A stretch of 53,689 nt of DNA, taken from an uncultured archaeon (lineage in GTDB: Archaea > Asgardarchaeota > Hermodarchaeia > Hermodarchaeales > Hermodarchaeaceae). Position numbers and translations under genes: made by a program. A model generated the notes under the pieces. That model made no database searches and was not told the origin of the DNA. It worked only from the letters and a program-made list of their open reading frames with translations. The stretch is from positions 73,768 through 127,456 of the forward strand of contig CAYFXC010000008.1 in the NCBI GenBank assembly GCA_964347045.1, read 5' to 3'. This document shows, piece after piece, positions 29,748-38,970 of this stretch; the first letter of the stretch is position 1; every line of letters begins with the position of its first letter.

Positions 29748-29865
29748 ATAAAACAGTGATAAGCTCACCATACGGTAGACAACTGCCTGATAGTATAACC
29801 AGTGATTTCACTGAAAAGAAAGCCGTCCCTTATGAACGATTTGACCAATCTATGAATCAAGTATC

Positions 29866-30363
29866 TTATTTTCCGATATAGCGGACAAACCAATAACCGA
29901 AACTAGATATAATGACGCTGATTCCCATGAAAACGACGAACCAGCCACAGAATACGGCGAACGCAGTTATAAGTGTATTAGTCAGAATGAAATTGTAAGC
30001 CGCCCAAGAAACGCCAGCGCTCGTAACAATTCCACCAACCGCTTCGATTTGACGTTGATACGTATCTCTAAAGATAACCCGCAGAATCAAGACGACAATA
30101 TTGATTACTAATATCCCAAGGAAAAAGAGGTAATTTGTATTATAGATGATGGAATGTACTGCAGGGGTTGCTGGAGCCCACCACCAAAAGCCAGTAGCGA
30201 CTTCGGTCCACACTAAGTCAAGGACGAAGTTAATGATCGACGGAAATAGGTTCGGAATGGCAACCAAGAGCACCGCTATTAAGATGATGATTAAACCCGC
30301 AGTGACTGCGCCCAGAATGTCCGGATCTTCACGCGTTCTTCTACTCAATATCATAACCTCCAA
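29866..30363 (-). CDS. Hypothetical membrane protein (about 4 TM)
   Basis: Hydrophobic helices; follows the zinc-ribbon gene on the same strand; true start probably a few codons downstream, after GGAGGT. Confidence 0.75.
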   Translation of the reverse strand: MEVMILSRRTREDPDILGAVTAGLIIILIAVLLVAIPNLFPSIINFVLDLVWTEVATGFWWWAPATPAVHSIIYNTNYLFFLGILVINIVVLILRVIFRDTYQRQIEAVGGIVTSAGVSWAAYNFILTNTLITAFAVFCGWFVVFMGISVIISSFGYWFVRYIGK

Positions 30364-30378
30364 TATTGATGCTTGTGG

Positions 30379-30708
30379 TTAGGTTTCCCTCCTAATCCGA
30401 CGTTTTCGTCGAATCGAATTTAGTGCACAGATAAGGATTACAAATCCAACAATGATACCAACAAGGGGACCAATGAGCATCCAGATTTGTATCTGTAAGA
30501 TAAGAGCCAATCCAAAGACAACCACGATTAAACCAGCGAGAATACCAATGATTGCTCCTCCACCAGTGACGCCGAAGCATTCTTCCTCTGCTCGATCACC
30601 GTATTTTTCCCGCCAAGTCCGTTTAACGGGAGCTAAGGGAGCACCGCATTTTTTGCAAAAATCTGCTTCTTCGGTGTTTTCAGTTCCGCATTTCTGGCAA
30701 TAGACCAC
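30379..30708 (-). CDS. Zinc-ribbon plus two-TM protein
   Basis: YCQKCG..ADFCKKCG, EEECFG, two TM helices; GTG 30708 preceded by GGTGAGGTG. Confidence 0.85.
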   Translation of the reverse strand: MVYCQKCGTENTEEADFCKKCGAPLAPVKRTWREKYGDRAEEECFGVTGGGAIIGILAGLIVVVFGLALILQIQIWMLIGPLVGIIVGFVILICALNSIRRKRRIRRET

Positions 30709-30800
30709 GAGGAACACCTCACCCAGCAGTAGCATCCTTCTTCTTCTTATAGCTTTGGGGAACTCGCAAACGTAATAAACGAGAAATATTCGTGAAAGAG

Positions 30801-30812
30801 AAGTTTTTATTA
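30801..30812 (+). promoter_or_regulatory. Putative BRE/TATA for the intergenic RNA
   Basis: Purine-rich GAAAGAGAAG followed by TTTTTATTA, about 25-30 nt upstream of the structured element. Confidence 0.45.
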
Positions 30813-30836
30813 GGCAAATTCATAGGGGTCTTATTG

Positions 30837-30975
30837 TTGGGGATCGGAATTAAAAACTCCCCCCCCAGAGTGGCAAATATTCAGGCTCCACTTACTCCCC
30901 TAGAAACCATTCCCTCTCCCCTCCAATTGTGTCCTTTTTGTGGGGCTTGAATTGCCATAGCTCCGGATTCCCCAA
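30837..30975 (+). ncRNA. Candidate structured small RNA with C-rich loops
   Basis: Nested stems 30837-30848/30962-30975 and 30871-30891/30940-30957 (6 bp + 12 bp with two G-U pairs on the + strand); CTCCCC three times in unpaired regions; no ORF. Confidence 0.6.
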
Positions 30976-31042
30976 GTCATTTTGTATAGTGTTGGGACCA
31001 AAGTTTAAATTTCTAGTTCGATGATAGCGAATTCACGATTGT

Positions 31043-32476
31043 GTGGATTGTGTCTTCGTGAAGATTTTGTTTATTGAGCCTCCAAAAGAGCCCTGGTTTG
31101 TGATGGGAGAGTATCTACCACCTCCCTTGGCGCTCTTGTGTCTAGCGGCGTACCTAGAGGCGAACCACACAGATGTTGAGATTCAGGTGATGGATTGCCA
31201 AGCAGAACAGGCGAGATGGGAGGATGTTGAAAAGCAACTAAAGCGATTTTTGCCTGATATTGTGGCACCAAGTACTGTATCAACCTGTAATGCTAATATT
31301 ACCCTTCAAGTTGCCAGTTTGGCGAAACGTGTTGACAAAGAAATCTTTACTATCGCTGGAAGCCAGCATTTTTCGGTGCTCGCCCAGGATGTGTTAGAAG
31401 CCTATCCACAGCTTGATTTGATTGTGCGTGGTGAAGGTGAAGTTACACTTATGAAGGTTGTGAGAGCCTTAGAAACGAATAAGTCGTTAAAAAGGATAAG
31501 CGGAATTTCTTTTCGAGAAAACAGAAATGTGATTCATACACCGGATCGCCCCGTAATTTCGGATTTAAACAGTTTACCTTTTCCTGGATATCATTTTGTG
31601 CGAGAGCATATGGAAAAATATCGTTTTCCAGCAGGACGGGATTTGCCCTATGCGCTGGTGGAGGGTGGTCGAGGTTGTGCTCATTCGTGTTCATTTTGTG
31701 GTCAATGGCGGTATTGGGGTCGATGCCGCCGTAAGTCTCCGAAACGTGTTGCAGATGAGTTTGAGTATTTATATCGTGAATTTGGCAGCCGATTTCTATG
31801 GCTTACTGATGATTTCATCCAGCTGGACGACTGGATGGTAACACTATGTGATGAGCTAATCAAACGAGGAATCACCGAAGATTTGATGTGGTTCTTTCAA
31901 ACGCGAGCGGATGAAATCATCGCAGGAAAGGAACTACTGCCAAAACTTCGAAAGACTGGTCTTCAATGGATTATGACAGGATTAGAAAGCCATGATGAAC
32001 AAAGGCTGAAGCAGTATAGAAAAGGCATTGATGTGCCTATGGGAAAAGAAGCGATTAATCTGTTGAAAGAGAATGATATTCTCTCTCAGACAACCGCTAT
32101 TATTGGTCATCGTCAAGATTCACACGAAACCATTAATGCATTTCGAGAGTGGATTAACGAAGTAGATCCCGATATCGCAGTGTTTATGACAATGACGCCA
32201 TATCCAGGTACACCGATGTACGAAGAAGCACTGAGGAATGAGTGGATAACCGATCCACAGTGGAGCCAGTTTGATATGGTACATGCAATTATGCCCACAG
32301 AGCACTTAACACGAGAGGAAATACAAAAGGAGTTATTTGCCACCTACCGAAAATTTTACGGATGGCGACGCCGAATAGGTGGAACTTTAGCGATAAATGA
32401 AGTGAAGAGAACCTATTATCGCCATATGATGTGGAAAGGGTTTCTTGGCACCATAAAAGGACTCATCCGACTATGA
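31043..32476 (+). CDS. Cobalamin-binding (class B) radical SAM protein
   Basis: B12-binding N-terminus (ILFIEPP, PPLALLCLAAYL, IVRGEGE), RGCAHSCSFC, TDD, GLES, TPYPGT; probable start GTG 31058. Confidence 0.92.
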   Translation: MDCVFVKILFIEPPKEPWFVMGEYLPPPLALLCLAAYLEANHTDVEIQVMDCQAEQARWEDVEKQLKRFLPDIVAPSTVSTCNANITLQVASLAKRVDKEIFTIAGSQHFSVLAQDVLEAYPQLDLIVRGEGEVTLMKVVRALETNKSLKRISGISFRENRNVIHTPDRPVISDLNSLPFPGYHFVREHMEKYRFPAGRDLPYALVEGGRGCAHSCSFCGQWRYWGRCRRKSPKRVADEFEYLYREFGSRFLWLTDDFIQLDDWMVTLCDELIKRGITEDLMWFFQTRADEIIAGKELLPKLRKTGLQWIMTGLESHDEQRLKQYRKGIDVPMGKEAINLLKENDILSQTTAIIGHRQDSHETINAFREWINEVDPDIAVFMTMTPYPGTPMYEEALRNEWITDPQWSQFDMVHAIMPTEHLTREEIQKELFATYRKFYGWRRRIGGTLAINEVKRTYYRHMMWKGFLGTIKGLIRL

Positions 32477-33216
32477 CAACGCGTAAACCAAGTTCAAGTT
32501 TTGCATTGATTTCTCTTGCGTTATCATTGATAGGATTAGGGTTCCTTCCCTTCTTTTTATTGAGCCCTCCTCCAAGTTTGGTAATTCCTTGGCAAAATCA
32601 ACTCATTGGAAGTGTTTTTACCCTAATTTGTATTTTCGGCATAATAGCCGGGGTTTCTCCATCTCATTGCTCACCCCCTTTTTACACTAGGCGGAAAAAA
32701 GAACTTGAAAAAACTGATTCAACATCTGAATCGAATAACTTTGGAAAAATTCGTAAGATAGGTCATCATCCTACCTGCGAACATTATACTAGTCATGTTT
32801 TACGAATTCGAACACGAATTTTATGTGCCGGATGTTCTGGGCTTGTCGCTGGAGCAACACTTGCTTTAGTCGGCACTATACTCTTTTTCTTTGGAAATAT
32901 CCAGTTCAACTTTCCAGTGCTAGTCCATTGGCTTGGGTGGATCTTCGTCTTAGTAGGATTACTTCAACATTACCTCTACCGTTTACTTCATGTTCAACGA
33001 GGTTTGGTACGGTTTTTAGTAAACATAGTTTTTGTTGTGGGCGCATTTCTGCTCTTGGCTTCCCTTGTGCAACTTTCGAATAGCCTGGTTTTAGGTTCTT
33101 ACCTACTCGCTCTAATTCTTTATTGGATTTTCACTCGGATTCTGATGTCTCGTCGGTCGCACCAACGAATATGTGCACAATGTAGGACACTGACCTGCCC
33201 CTATTCCGACACCTAA
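32473..33216 (+). CDS. Membrane protein with Cys/His motifs, translationally coupled to the radical SAM gene
   Basis: ATGA overlap at 32473-32476; GHHPTCEHY, LCAGCSG, C-terminal HQRICAQC..C; about 6 TM. Confidence 0.75.
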   Translation: MTTRKPSSSFALISLALSLIGLGFLPFFLLSPPPSLVIPWQNQLIGSVFTLICIFGIIAGVSPSHCSPPFYTRRKKELEKTDSTSESNNFGKIRKIGHHPTCEHYTSHVLRIRTRILCAGCSGLVAGATLALVGTILFFFGNIQFNFPVLVHWLGWIFVLVGLLQHYLYRLLHVQRGLVRFLVNIVFVVGAFLLLASLVQLSNSLVLGSYLLALILYWIFTRILMSRRSHQRICAQCRTLTCPYSDT

Positions 33217-33225
33217 ACCCTCGCA

Positions 33226-33552
33226 TCACCGCTTTTTCTGCATTGAATAAATCGCACCGGCGACAATTAGTAACCCAACGGTAATCAAGATTATGGGCCA
33301 GAAATAGTCCCAGATACTCCATCCAAGAAATGCACCTACAGCCCAGAGAATGATGAAGACACCAATGATTATGCCACATATAGCTCCCCCATACGGGAGT
33401 CCAAAGCAATCCTCTTCCTCGGAGCCATAGCAGTCTTTATCTAGTTCGTGGACTTGAGGTTTCATGGTTTTATCGGCAAGGTGGGCGCCACAACGAGCAC
33501 AGAAATCCGCATCATCATCGTTTTCATATCCACATGCATCACAGGTTTTCAT
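33226..33552 (-). CDS. Zinc-ribbon plus two-TM protein (paralog of 30379-30708)
   Basis: MKTCDACG..ADFCARCG, EEEDCFG, GGAICGIIIG; start ATG 33552. Confidence 0.85.
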   Translation of the reverse strand: MKTCDACGYENDDDADFCARCGAHLADKTMKPQVHELDKDCYGSEEEDCFGLPYGGAICGIIIGVFIILWAVGAFLGWSIWDYFWPIILITVGLLIVAGAIYSMQKKR

Positions 33553-33634
33553 AGGAAGCCTCCTTGGCTCTACATTCCTGTTTTCTACACTTAAAGTTTT
33601 CAGGTTAGCTAAAATAGCTGAAAACCTGCTTCTT

Positions 33635-34186
33635 TTAGGCGTAAAACCCAGGTTGTTGCTGTTGATCAGACGGCACACCGAAGTTATGACCAAAAGTCCA
33701 GATAACAAATAGCATACTGCGGAAAACATCATCTATGGCTTCAAGGAGTGTTGTCTTTGTTAAATTGTCATTGAGTAAACGTACCTGAAATTGCACAGCA
33801 TCCCAGACTCCATCATTCTCTTTGACAGAAAAGCCAGGGCGGCGTGATAATAGCTGAAGTTTAAGATTATGAATTAGGGGCTTCCGTTTCTCAGGTGAAA
33901 GTTTCGCTAGCGATGTTTGATGCGAAGAAGCGACTCGTAAAACTGAAACAACTAGAAGTCCATCTTTCATATCGCGAGGTTTGACAATTTCAATATGATA
34001 GGGTGAGCCGACAGGGTAGTTAATACCAAAATGGAATGCTGATTTAGGATCATCAACTTCTTTGCGAAACATGCCTTCTTCGGCTAGCCAGTCATAGACT
34101 TTTTGTTTCCATTCATTCGCTATCTTTTTGGGTTTAGCCTTTTCTGACACGTTCATCCATTCCAAAAAGTATACACAACTTTTCAT
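33635..34186 (-). CDS. DUF2299-like archaeal conserved protein
   Basis: KVYDWLAEEG, FHFGINYP, LTKTTLLEAIDDV, acidic/aromatic C-terminal tail; true start probably near 34150. Confidence 0.75.
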   Translation of the reverse strand: MKSCVYFLEWMNVSEKAKPKKIANEWKQKVYDWLAEEGMFRKEVDDPKSAFHFGINYPVGSPYHIEIVKPRDMKDGLLVVSVLRVASSHQTSLAKLSPEKRKPLIHNLKLQLLSRRPGFSVKENDGVWDAVQFQVRLLNDNLTKTTLLEAIDDVFRSMLFVIWTFGHNFGVPSDQQQQPGFYA

Positions 34187-34261
34187 CGAGTCGGAGGAGA
34201 TAAGAACTTTACTATCCCTATCTGATGCACCGCCTAAATCTTATCATACGGCCATATTGTT

Positions 34262-36265
34262 TTGGCTTTCAAAAAGGAAGTGACCACTTTGGAACGTAAA
34301 CGGATTCGAACCGTCTGTCCGCGTGACTGTTATGATAGATGTCACCTGATAGCCGAATTTCCTGAAGGATCTCCAGTACCTGTTCTGAAAGGAGACCCAG
34401 ACCACCCAATTACACGAGGCTTCACCTGTCCACGCGGAGATAAAGATCTTAAACGAGCAAATAGCCTGCAACGTGTGTTATTCCCCTATATTCGAAAAAA
34501 ACAGGAGAAGGAAAAGAGGGGCAAAAGAAGTTCATGGGAAGAGGCCTTACAGCTAGTCACAGAGAAACTTCATACTACCCTTCGAAAATGGGGACCTGAG
34601 GCAGTTCTCCATATTGAATACGCTGGAAATACTGGTTTACTGACCTGGTATTTTCCTCAACGATTATGGAATGCTTTGGGTGCTACAAAAACCGATTATA
34701 GCATTTGTAGTAAATCAGGGCATGAAGCATTAGCTTTGCATTATGGTTCATCCTATGGTTTGCAACCTAGGTCACTTCCCGATCAAAAACTCATTATTTT
34801 CTGGGGGATCAACGCTGCCGTCAGCGCAGCTCATATGTGGAAACTCGCCCTTCAAGCACGTAAAGTTAATCGAGCAAACATTGTGGTAATTGATCCACGC
34901 ATAAGTGAAACCGCGAAACAGGCTGACGTTCACATACGACCTAAGCCTGGGAGTGATGTCGCCTTGGCTTATGGTCTAGCCCATTCCTTGATAACAAAGA
35001 AGTTACTGGATGAGAAATTCATTAAGAATTGGACTCGAGGATACGACCAGTATAAGAATGAAGTTAGGAAATGGACTCCCCAGCGTGTGGAAGAGATTTC
35101 TGGAATTGAACAAGCACAGGTTGATATGCTAGCAAAGATTTATGGAAAGCGTCGTCCGAGTGTAATTTTCATTGGTTTAGGAATGCAGAAGAGCAAGAAT
35201 GGGGGGGAGGCTGTCAGAGCGGTTAGCCTACTTCCAGCTCTCATTGGTTTGCATCGTGGATTCTTTTACAGTAATACCAAGGCGTTCAATGTTGATTTTG
35301 ATTTCATCACAGGTGAAGGAATAACAACTACCCCCCATAATATTGTAAGTCAGGTTGGATTGGGTCAACTCCTTCAAGAAGGGGCATTCAAGTTCATATT
35401 CATTTATAACATGAATCCGGCTCAAACTTTACCAAACCAGAAGATGGTTCGAACCGGTTTGCTCCGAGAAGATGTTTTTGTAGTTGTCCATGACACCCAT
35501 TGGACAGAATCGGCAAACCTCGCCGATATCGTGTTACCAGCGCAAACATACCTTGAGAAAGAGGATCTAATTATCCCCTGGCACGACAATTCCATACAAC
35601 GGTCCAACCAGCTTATTGAACCTCGCGAAGAAAGTCAAACAGAGATTTGGGTAATGCAACAACTAGCACAGCGGCTCGAACGTAAAGAACGATGGCTATT
35701 CCAATCCCCATGGGATGCTGTAAAAATCGCATTCACTGATTCGTTGAAGGAAGGAGCCTTTGAAGAACTTTTAGCAGGAAGACAAGTGCAACTTGAATCA
35801 AAACCACTTGATAAATATTCAACCCCAACAGGAAAAATCGAGTTCTTTTCATCTATGGCACGAAATAGAGGTTATTCGCCGCTTCCCCAACATAATGATT
35901 TCAGCAGCGCACCTGGCGAATTCATTTTCTTGAACAGCGCAATTAGAAATTATACACATACCCAATTTCAAGATATCTACGGGAAAATACCAGCAGAGGT
36001 GTTTATTCACCCTGAGGATGCCAAAACCTTGGATGTCCTCGAAGGAGACCAAATTATGCTTGAAAACGAACAAGGTTCAGTTAAGGCAAATCTTCGCATT
36101 TCTACCGAGGTTTCACTTGGAACCTTGTGGGCTCCCCGACAGTTCATTGGGTTGAATGGGAATCCACAAAATTGCTTGGTCCCAGATACATGTCAGTTAA
36201 TTGGAAAGGGGTCTGTATTTAATTCAACACTTGTGCGCCTACGAAAAATGTTAGATTCAGACTAG
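34262..36265 (+). CDS. Molybdopterin (bis-PGD) oxidoreductase catalytic subunit
   Basis: TVCPRDCYDRC..TCPRG Fe-S motif, SICSKSG (Cys ligand), VIDPR, PGSDVALA, TESANLADIVLPA, C-terminal IHPEDA domain. Confidence 0.92.
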   Translation: MAFKKEVTTLERKRIRTVCPRDCYDRCHLIAEFPEGSPVPVLKGDPDHPITRGFTCPRGDKDLKRANSLQRVLFPYIRKKQEKEKRGKRSSWEEALQLVTEKLHTTLRKWGPEAVLHIEYAGNTGLLTWYFPQRLWNALGATKTDYSICSKSGHEALALHYGSSYGLQPRSLPDQKLIIFWGINAAVSAAHMWKLALQARKVNRANIVVIDPRISETAKQADVHIRPKPGSDVALAYGLAHSLITKKLLDEKFIKNWTRGYDQYKNEVRKWTPQRVEEISGIEQAQVDMLAKIYGKRRPSVIFIGLGMQKSKNGGEAVRAVSLLPALIGLHRGFFYSNTKAFNVDFDFITGEGITTTPHNIVSQVGLGQLLQEGAFKFIFIYNMNPAQTLPNQKMVRTGLLREDVFVVVHDTHWTESANLADIVLPAQTYLEKEDLIIPWHDNSIQRSNQLIEPREESQTEIWVMQQLAQRLERKERWLFQSPWDAVKIAFTDSLKEGAFEELLAGRQVQLESKPLDKYSTPTGKIEFFSSMARNRGYSPLPQHNDFSSAPGEFIFLNSAIRNYTHTQFQDIYGKIPAEVFIHPEDAKTLDVLEGDQIMLENEQGSVKANLRISTEVSLGTLWAPRQFIGLNGNPQNCLVPDTCQLIGKGSVFNSTLVRLRKMLDSD

Positions 36266-36643
36266 TAAGCGAATCCGTGCGGGGCGGTTAGGATTTATTT
36301 CTGCAACTTTGACATGTGCTAGAACTGCTGCAAATTGACTAGCCGAACTTGCACCATGTGTATGTGGACGAACTATTGCACCAAGAGTTCCAGGTTTGGG
36401 TTCAGCAGTGGTAGCACCAATTTTTAGCCAACCGCCCGATGGAATAAACCTGAATTCCTTGACGAGATCATCAATTGCGTTCACGTGGACAGCGACGCGG
36501 GTTTTCTTTTCGCCAACGCGAAACACCATCTCTGTTGGGGAAACGGATTCAACAATAAATTTTGCACCGCTTGCGGTCTTGAGACTAGTTCCGTTTTTGA
36601 GTTTTGATCGAATTGCTTGCCGAATGGTATCAGATTGAATCAT
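36257..36643 (-). CDS. Hypothetical protein
   Basis: 128-aa ORF with GGAGGT RBS before ATG 36643. Confidence 0.7.
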   Translation of the reverse strand: MIQSDTIRQAIRSKLKNGTSLKTASGAKFIVESVSPTEMVFRVGEKKTRVAVHVNAIDDLVKEFRFIPSGGWLKIGATTAEPKPGTLGAIVRPHTHGASSASQFAAVLAHVKVAEINPNRPARIRLLV

Positions 36644-36871
36644 TTTTCCTACCTCCAAAGTCTTGTACCTATTAGTACTGATACCTTTTCAGACTTACTC
36701 CTTTCAACTTGAGCGAAATAATACCAATCAGTTCGAATGTCCCGATTTTGTCTGAACCTTCAATTTCGTGAACGATGATTGAAATGCCGAAGTCTAGAAT
36801 TAATACTAGCTCACGCTAGTTCCATGGACACCGCTGTCTAGGTTTTTGTTCACCGTGCAGATTGTTGTTAG

Positions 36872-37393
36872 CTAGATTATACTCGCGCCACAAACACCGC
36901 AAAATTGTGCATTTGGGTCAGCAACAGGGTTTCCACAGGCAGAACAGTATTTCACGCCTTCTGTCGATTTTAGTGGAGCGACTTCTTTCTTAGTAGGTGT
37001 TGGAGCGGGAATATAGGTTGATTTCTTTGACGCAATGGCCCCTCCAATTAAGGCTAAGAGCCCTGGAAGGAAACCAGAAAAGACAAGTCCAAGAATTCCA
37101 GTAAGGATTAGACCAACCTTATGTTGACTTGGATTGCCCCTCCACATGAACCAAACAATAGTAAACACTAATGCAAAAACTGTCATGATAGCGGTAGATA
37201 TCATTATGCCCATCATTACAGTCATAAATTCAGCGATAGGCGGTGTTCCAGGGGGAAGCGCAGATAGTGGAATTGTGGGAAGAACAGCATATACCATTGC
37301 AAATAATGCCGTCATGCCTGCCAATACAAAGAAGAAGATGAGTTGGAGCACAGCACCAACAAGCACAAGTGTTGAGGATGTTCCTTCATCAGC
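36872..37393 (-). CDS. Membrane protein with C-terminal zinc ribbon
   Basis: Three to four TM helices then YCSACG..FCGVCG; likely start ATG 37393. Confidence 0.82.
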   Translation of the reverse strand, partial: ADEGTSSTLVLVGAVLQLIFFFVLAGMTALFAMVYAVLPTIPLSALPPGTPPIAEFMTVMMGIMISTAIMTVFALVFTIVWFMWRGNPSQHKVGLILTGILGLVFSGFLPGLLALIGGAIASKKSTYIPAPTPTKKEVAPLKSTEGVKYCSACGNPVADPNAQFCGVCGASII

Positions 37394-37563
37394 CATTTTA
37401 GGAAATCTCCAATGAATTCCTAAGAACTGCTCGTAATCTAGGTACATAAAATTATGTATCTCGGATTCCTAAGATGAAACAAAATTTCAAGTTTAGAAGT
37501 CCAACAGGTTTTTCAACACTTGGCGTTCCTCATCTATTAGAGAATTGTTAAGGTTTCAGAGGT

Positions 37564-38130
37564 TTGAAGGAGGGTGTTGATACGAGCGCTTCACAAATGG
37601 TAACTCGTTCTCGAGGGATTGCGTTAACTGCACTCTTATCCGCGGTTTATGTCGCATATGCGCTCCTGGGCAGCTTCATCTTTGGCTCGATTACGCATGG
37701 GGCGGATAACTTCGTTGTCCGTTCGCTTGTTTTTGTGATTCTCGTAGGACTCAATTCGGGATTTGGCTTTAGCACAATAATGGGGGGAATATCTGGATTA
37801 GTCCTCGAAATTAGTATTCCCACGCCAGTTCGGTTCTATCTTTTTCCCTCGCTTCTCGCCTATGGTTTTGTCTTAGATATTGTCATTAACATTAAGAAAG
37901 CGCCGAACGCGGATCTAGGCACGATTCGTATGCTCCTGGGAACTATTTTGGCAAGTCTAGCGATGTCTATCACCGCACTTACAGTGTTTACCCTTGTCGG
38001 ATTTTTCCCACCCGCGCTTATTCCTCTCATTTGGACATTTGAAATTGTCATCGATATTGTTCTCGGCATTATTGGTGCTACTATTGGGCTGGTGCTGCTG
38101 CGTCAACTCGTTTATCTCAAATCCTCATGA
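37564..38130 (+). CDS. Membrane protein, possible ECF S-component-like
   Basis: About 5-6 TM, IALTALLSAVYV N-terminus; start uncertain. Confidence 0.6.
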   Translation: MKEGVDTSASQMVTRSRGIALTALLSAVYVAYALLGSFIFGSITHGADNFVVRSLVFVILVGLNSGFGFSTIMGGISGLVLEISIPTPVRFYLFPSLLAYGFVLDIVINIKKAPNADLGTIRMLLGTILASLAMSITALTVFTLVGFFPPALIPLIWTFEIVIDIVLGIIGATIGLVLLRQLVYLKSS

Positions 38131-38158
38131 AATTTCATCTCACAGGAAGTTAACTTAG

Positions 38159-38884
38159 ATGTGTTACTATTATTCAGTTCCCAACCTTGATCTGTTAGCG
38201 ACTCATTTTCATGCTACCCCTTCTGAGTCAACCACGTTTGATCGAGTGTATCATGTATCGGGTTTTGTTAAACCGCGGTTACCGGTTATAACTAATGAAG
38301 CCCCAAATACAATCCAAATGCTTACGTGGGGGCTCATTCCCCATTGGGTAAAGGATGAAACCACGGCCATTAAACTACAAAGCCGGTTGCTAAACGCCCG
38401 ATCAGAAACCATTCATGAAAAACCAGCTTTCCGTTCTCTGATTTCTTCAAAACGCTGTTTGGTCCTATCTGATGGCTTTTTTGAATGGCGTCACTTTGAA
38501 GGTCTTAAGTACCCGTATTATATCCAACTTGCTAGTGGCGAACCCTTCGCCTTTGCCGGCCTTTGGGATACCTGGTCCCATCCAGAAACAGGAGAAACTA
38601 TGAAAACCTATTCCATCATTACAACATGGGCAAATCCTCTGCTTGAACAGGTGCACAATACACGTAAGCGCATGCCAGTCATCTTGCACCAGGCAGATGA
38701 AAAACCATGGATAGAAGTCGAGCTTAGCCGTGAAGCAATCGATAGTTTCCTAATACCTTACGAATCTAACAAAATGGTTGCACACCCCGTATCTCGGCTA
38801 ATCACAACGAAGGGTGCAAAGAAGAACGTCCCAGAAGCCATAAAATCCACTCATTATCCCGAGCTTCCATCAATCGAATTCTGA
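38159..38884 (+). CDS. SRAP (HMCES/YedK) abasic-site processing protein
   Basis: Cys2, WGLIPHW, NARSET, RCLVLSDGFFEW, FAFAGLWD, HNTRKRMPVIL. Confidence 0.93.
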   Translation: MCYYYSVPNLDLLATHFHATPSESTTFDRVYHVSGFVKPRLPVITNEAPNTIQMLTWGLIPHWVKDETTAIKLQSRLLNARSETIHEKPAFRSLISSKRCLVLSDGFFEWRHFEGLKYPYYIQLASGEPFAFAGLWDTWSHPETGETMKTYSIITTWANPLLEQVHNTRKRMPVILHQADEKPWIEVELSREAIDSFLIPYESNKMVAHPVSRLITTKGAKKNVPEAIKSTHYPELPSIEF

Positions 38885-38970
38885 TATCCTTTAATTTACT
38901 AAACAATCCCCCACATACTTAATTAACAATAACCGGAATTAGATTTCATGGAACAGGGGGTCTCAACAAA

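Noticed and set aside
33553-33732. Long N-terminal extensions in the ORF track (e.g. 33732, 45657, 32431, 37447, 25912)
   Set aside because: They overlap neighbouring genes or promoters; downstream starts with an RBS or stop/start coupling fit better.
34262-36265. Possible selenocysteine or pyrrolysine read-through in redox enzymes
   Set aside because: The Mo enzyme has Cys at the ligand position, and the recognisable genes appear complete with no in-frame TGA/TAG splitting a domain; no convincing SECIS was seen.
36806-36821. ACTAGC-tcac-GCTAGT dyad in a spacer
   Set aside because: A single 6-bp inverted repeat is expected by chance and has no other support.
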